DNA from: a virus
Lineage: Duplodnaviria; Caudoviricetes
Direction: 5' to 3' (one strand)
DNA length: 53,893 nucleotides
Virus record (IMG/VR): IMGVR_UViG_3300007352_000015
The position numbers and the translations under genes were made by a program. Each line of letters opens with the position of its first letter. Positions within the stretch are counted from its first letter, which is position 1. The notes beneath the pieces are model-generated. The model made no database searches, was not told where the DNA came from, and worked only from the letters and a program-made list of their open reading frames with translations. Shown piece after piece: positions 50,996 to 53,893 of this stretch.

Positions 50996-52027
50996 TTACT
51001 CACCATCCTTGTTGAGTATTTGCAGTATGGACTTGGCTTCGTCCTGCGTCAAGTCCGTATCGTATAACTTCCTGATGCCCAACTTCTCCTTGGCCTCGAT
51101 CACTTCCCGTTCGGAAAAGATAGCCATCGCAGCCTTGAGCCGTCCCTTGTAGTCAGCAACCGGCAACGCCTCCTCCTTCGGCTTGCGTCCACGCTTGGCC
51201 GGGGCAGGCCCTTCGACTTCGCCAGTCGATTCGTTGATGGTCTCAGCAGGCGGCTCCTCGGCAACAGGCGTAGCCACTTTTGCCGCCAGCTTATCGGCCA
51301 GCTTGCTGGTCTTTTCTCCATCTTCCATCGGCTCGATCTCAAAGTCCACCATGCCGACAGCCTTATTGTCAGCCTCGATAGCCTTGTCCAGCAGGTCACT
51401 GCTACTCGGCAGGTACTTGAACAGGCGGCGCACCACAGTCTTGCGGGCCATCTCCATGTAGTCCGTGACCCACGGCCCATTGTTAGCGGCCTTGCTACGC
51501 TTGCGGATAGCGTCCACCTGTTCAATGCTCATAAATTCAAACTGGCTGGTGCCATCGTTAAAGTGGGCCACGGCATAAACGCCAATCGGCTTGCCAGTGG
51601 GCTTGCGTATCTCTGGAACGTGAACGAGCTTTGGCGTTGTACCAAATTCCATCTCGAAGCGGTCGGCATCGTGAACGATATGTGCCTCTATCTGAGACAC
51701 ATCGCCAGTGCGCTTGGCGAGGTCGATCATTCCGCGAAACCCTGGCATCATCTGAGCGGACGTGCCGTATTTTACGAGGTAGGCGTGCCCCCTTGCGGGC
51801 GTAAAATCTAAGCCGAGTTCTGCGGCATTGACCACAGCCGTGAACAGTGACAGCGGAGTACACTCTTGCAGGTTGCGGTCACGGGCCACTGCCAGCATGG
51901 CACTCTTAAGAAAGCGCTCCACGTTGACATGGCTCGGCAGCATGGATGCGATCTCAGGCCGCTTGACTTCGATGTACTCCTTCAACGTCTTGGGCTGTAC
52001 GACAGCAACATCAGTTCCGTTCGACAT
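50996..52027 (-). CDS. recT: RecT-family single-strand annealing recombinase
   Basis: L.ECTP.SL..AV..AAELGL, G.AYLV.Y, GFRGMIDLA.R.G, GPWVTDY.EMARKTVVRRLFKYLP; start at 52027. Confidence 0.92.
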   Translation of the reverse strand: MSNGTDVAVVQPKTLKEYIEVKRPEIASMLPSHVNVERFLKSAMLAVARDRNLQECTPLSLFTAVVNAAELGLDFTPARGHAYLVKYGTSAQMMPGFRGMIDLAKRTGDVSQIEAHIVHDADRFEMEFGTTPKLVHVPEIRKPTGKPIGVYAVAHFNDGTSQFEFMSIEQVDAIRKRSKAANNGPWVTDYMEMARKTVVRRLFKYLPSSSDLLDKAIEADNKAVGMVDFEIEPMEDGEKTSKLADKLAAKVATPVAEEPPAETINESTGEVEGPAPAKRGRKPKEEALPVADYKGRLKAAMAIFSEREVIEAKEKLGIRKLYDTDLTQDEAKSILQILNKDGE

Positions 52028-52217
52028 TCTTACTCTCCTTCTCATAAAGAAACATACCTTCGTTGAACAGATTGCACAGCACGCCACCCTGAAAGCATAG
52101 TATAAATGCGGCTGGCCGTGGCTTGCCCCACCAATTCGGAACAATAACCGAACGCTTGGATTGAGCAGCGACCTTAAGGTCATTGAGACTCTTGATCTGC
52201 CTACCGAGAGCCATCAC
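52011..52217 (-). CDS. Hypothetical protein
   Basis: AAGGAG RBS, overlaps both neighbours. Confidence 0.55.
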   Translation of the reverse strand: MMALGRQIKSLNDLKVAAQSKRSVIVPNWWGKPRPAAFILCFQGGVLCNLFNEGMFLYEKESKNVERN

Positions 52218-53179
52218 GCCTCTCCTTGCTTAATCCTTGGGGTTCTGGATACGGACTCCTTCAGGAACGAATTGTATATCTCAGGGGCTTCGGCCTTGAG
52301 TCTGCTCTGATCGAGTATCGACTTCACGGTCGGGAAGTAGGTGAGCACCCGGCCATCGAGTAGTTTCACGCCTTCCGCATCACCGAGCGGGGTCAGGACA
52401 CGGGACAGCGCTTCCTTTTCCAGCTTCTCGGCCTCCAGCCGGGCCGTGCGCTTGGCATCCCAGTCATTGATAAGGTCATCCGGTACGGTAGCCCAAGATT
52501 GCGGCTGGCGAATAACGCGCTTGATAATATCAAGACCGCCGAGGCCGAAGGAATCTTCGGGCGGCTGGACTTTCGGGATGACATAGGTATTCCAGAAGGC
52601 AGTCGCCTGCGCGATGATCGCCTGTATGATCTGTTCGTTGCGCTCGACCTTGTATAGCTCCCTCTTGAGTCCCATGCGACCGAGCAACGCTACGACATGG
52701 ACGCGCTTGAGGTTGTGGCAAGCAATTTGGGCTTGGCACTGAAGGATCACGCGGCTCGGAATTTGATCTGTTCCCGGCTCTCCCCATTCGTTATCCTTGC
52801 CGCCAAATTCCATGTCGTTTATGCTGGTCGTTTTCGCTTCTATGGCTTCACCCAGGCTTAGTTCGTACTCATCATCGCTGACAATGAGCGCATCCAGCGT
52901 TGCGGCAAGGATGGGACACTGAGGATGGATGGCGAACAGTCGTTCGGGTTCCACCGTAGCCTGTACCCCAAGTTCCCGTATAGCATACTTAATCAGCGGC
53001 TCTTCAAAGTCGTCGCCCATTTCACCCGCCGCCGTGTTTAACTCCTTGTGTTCCAGCGGGAAGGTTTTCATCAACCACAGGTCTGTACCAGTGAGCTTAA
53101 TATGCTCTCCGAAAAGAGCCGGAACCTCAGATGCTCCAATATAATGCGCCCGCCCGGCAAGCTGTTCCTTTGTAAGCAT
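52214..53179 (-). CDS. YqaJ/lambda-exonuclease family recombination nuclease
   Basis: IGASEVPALFG, G..FE, LAATLDA, IEAKT, Q.Q.Q, FW..YV....PP. Confidence 0.9.
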   Translation of the reverse strand: MLTKEQLAGRAHYIGASEVPALFGEHIKLTGTDLWLMKTFPLEHKELNTAAGEMGDDFEEPLIKYAIRELGVQATVEPERLFAIHPQCPILAATLDALIVSDDEYELSLGEAIEAKTTSINDMEFGGKDNEWGEPGTDQIPSRVILQCQAQIACHNLKRVHVVALLGRMGLKRELYKVERNEQIIQAIIAQATAFWNTYVIPKVQPPEDSFGLGGLDIIKRVIRQPQSWATVPDDLINDWDAKRTARLEAEKLEKEALSRVLTPLGDAEGVKLLDGRVLTYFPTVKSILDQSRLKAEAPEIYNSFLKESVSRTPRIKQGEA

Positions 53180-53490
53180 TAAAACTCCTCTCCGCTATCT
53201 TCCGTGTCATAGACTTCTTCCAGCAAGTCTTCCATCTTGCAGCCGACATCGCCCGGCTCCATGCCATCCTCAATACTGGCGATCAGCTTGCGTAACTCGC
53301 AGATAAGTTCATGTCTGTTCATCTCCATACTCCTATCCATCCGGGGTGGCCGAAAGTTACTTGACGCTGGTAGGTCTCAGTATGCCCGCATTTCAGGCAG
53401 CGCCGGACATCACCTACCTGCGGATCATGGTGGGCACGGTCATACTCCCATTCATGGTCACAGCTTGCCTTCGTTCCAGCCGACCACCAG

Positions 53491-53893
53491 TCATTGTGGG
53501 GTTGCATCTTCTGCCTCGATAATCTTGCCATTTTTTAGGGTGTAATAGACATCCTCTTTGATTGTTTTCCCGTCTACGGGAACCGCTCTCATCCCCTTGA
53601 TTTGCCACTCGCCATCAGCATTGCGTTCGCGCTCGGTAAGCACAATCCAGTCGGTAAGCCGCCCCCGCGCCCTACCGTCAACGCCCGTGACTAACGCCAC
53701 CGAATGTTTACCCTCGGCACTCGCCGCGCCACTGTCCCCGGTAGCACTCGCCGCGCCCCTGTACCCGGTAGCACTCGCCGCGCCACTGTCCCCGGTAGCA
53801 CTCGCCGCGCCCCTGTCCCCGGTAGCACTCGCCGCGCCCCTGTCCCCGGTAGCACTCGCCGCGCCACTGTCCCCGGTAGCACTCGCCGCGCCC
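53491..53893 (-). CDS. Partial protein with AASATG(D/Y)(S/R)G repeats (DUF7666-type phage protein)
   Basis: Frame stays open past the track's start to the window end; C-terminus VDGKTIKEDVYYTLKNG. Confidence 0.8.
   Translation of the reverse strand, partial: GAASATGDSGAASATGDRGAASATGDRGAASATGDSGAASATGYRGAASATGDSGAASAEGKHSVALVTGVDGRARGRLTDWIVLTERERNADGEWQIKGMRAVPVDGKTIKEDVYYTLKNGKIIEAEDATPQ
53717..53893. repeat. 27-bp coding tandem repeat, six full copies plus a partial, truncated by the window end
   Basis: GCACTCGCCGCGCC(A/C)CTGT(C/A)CCCGGTA units. Confidence 0.95.

Noticed and set aside
53717-53893. 27-bp tandem repeats as a CRISPR array
   Set aside because: No unique spacers; unit is a multiple of 3 and encodes AASATGDxG repeats in an open frame
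1251-53893. Alternative genetic code suggested by the release-factor gene
   Set aside because: Core genes are full-length in code 11 and end in TAA, TGA and TAG; no suppressor tRNA

Overview
Bases ~1200-53893 are most of the genome of a tailed dsDNA phage with a P22-like short tail. It contains TerS, then ~15 kb of small accessory genes with sigma70-type promoters and structured RNAs, then TerL, portal, three tRNAs (Ser-CGA, Ser-GCT, Tyr-GTA), GroES, scaffold, an HK97-fold major capsid, capsid-associated proteins, three paralogous head-tail adaptors, a gp10-like tail hub, ejection proteins (including a 2490-aa polyvalent protein), fibres and a lysis cassette. A convergent RecT/YqaJ arm ends inside a 27-bp repeat. 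No replicase is present, so the genome is incomplete. Bases 1-1192 are foreign and AT-rich: an ORF missed by the track that resembles the asfarvirus capsid chaperone B602L, probably a chimeric join. Two signals stand out. (1) Several tiny accessory genes look like fragments of the phage's own core proteins (TerL nuclease, capsid beta-helix cap, tail hub N-terminus, possibly capsid); two share a duplicated Tat-like leader and sit beside an Acb2/Tad1-like gene, suggesting a decoy-based anti-defence system. (2) Virion-type proteins carry Sec or Tat signals, and the Sec ones are saturated with D-S/T O-glycosylation sequons of FCB-group bacteria. All homology calls are by-eye motif recognition; no searches were run.
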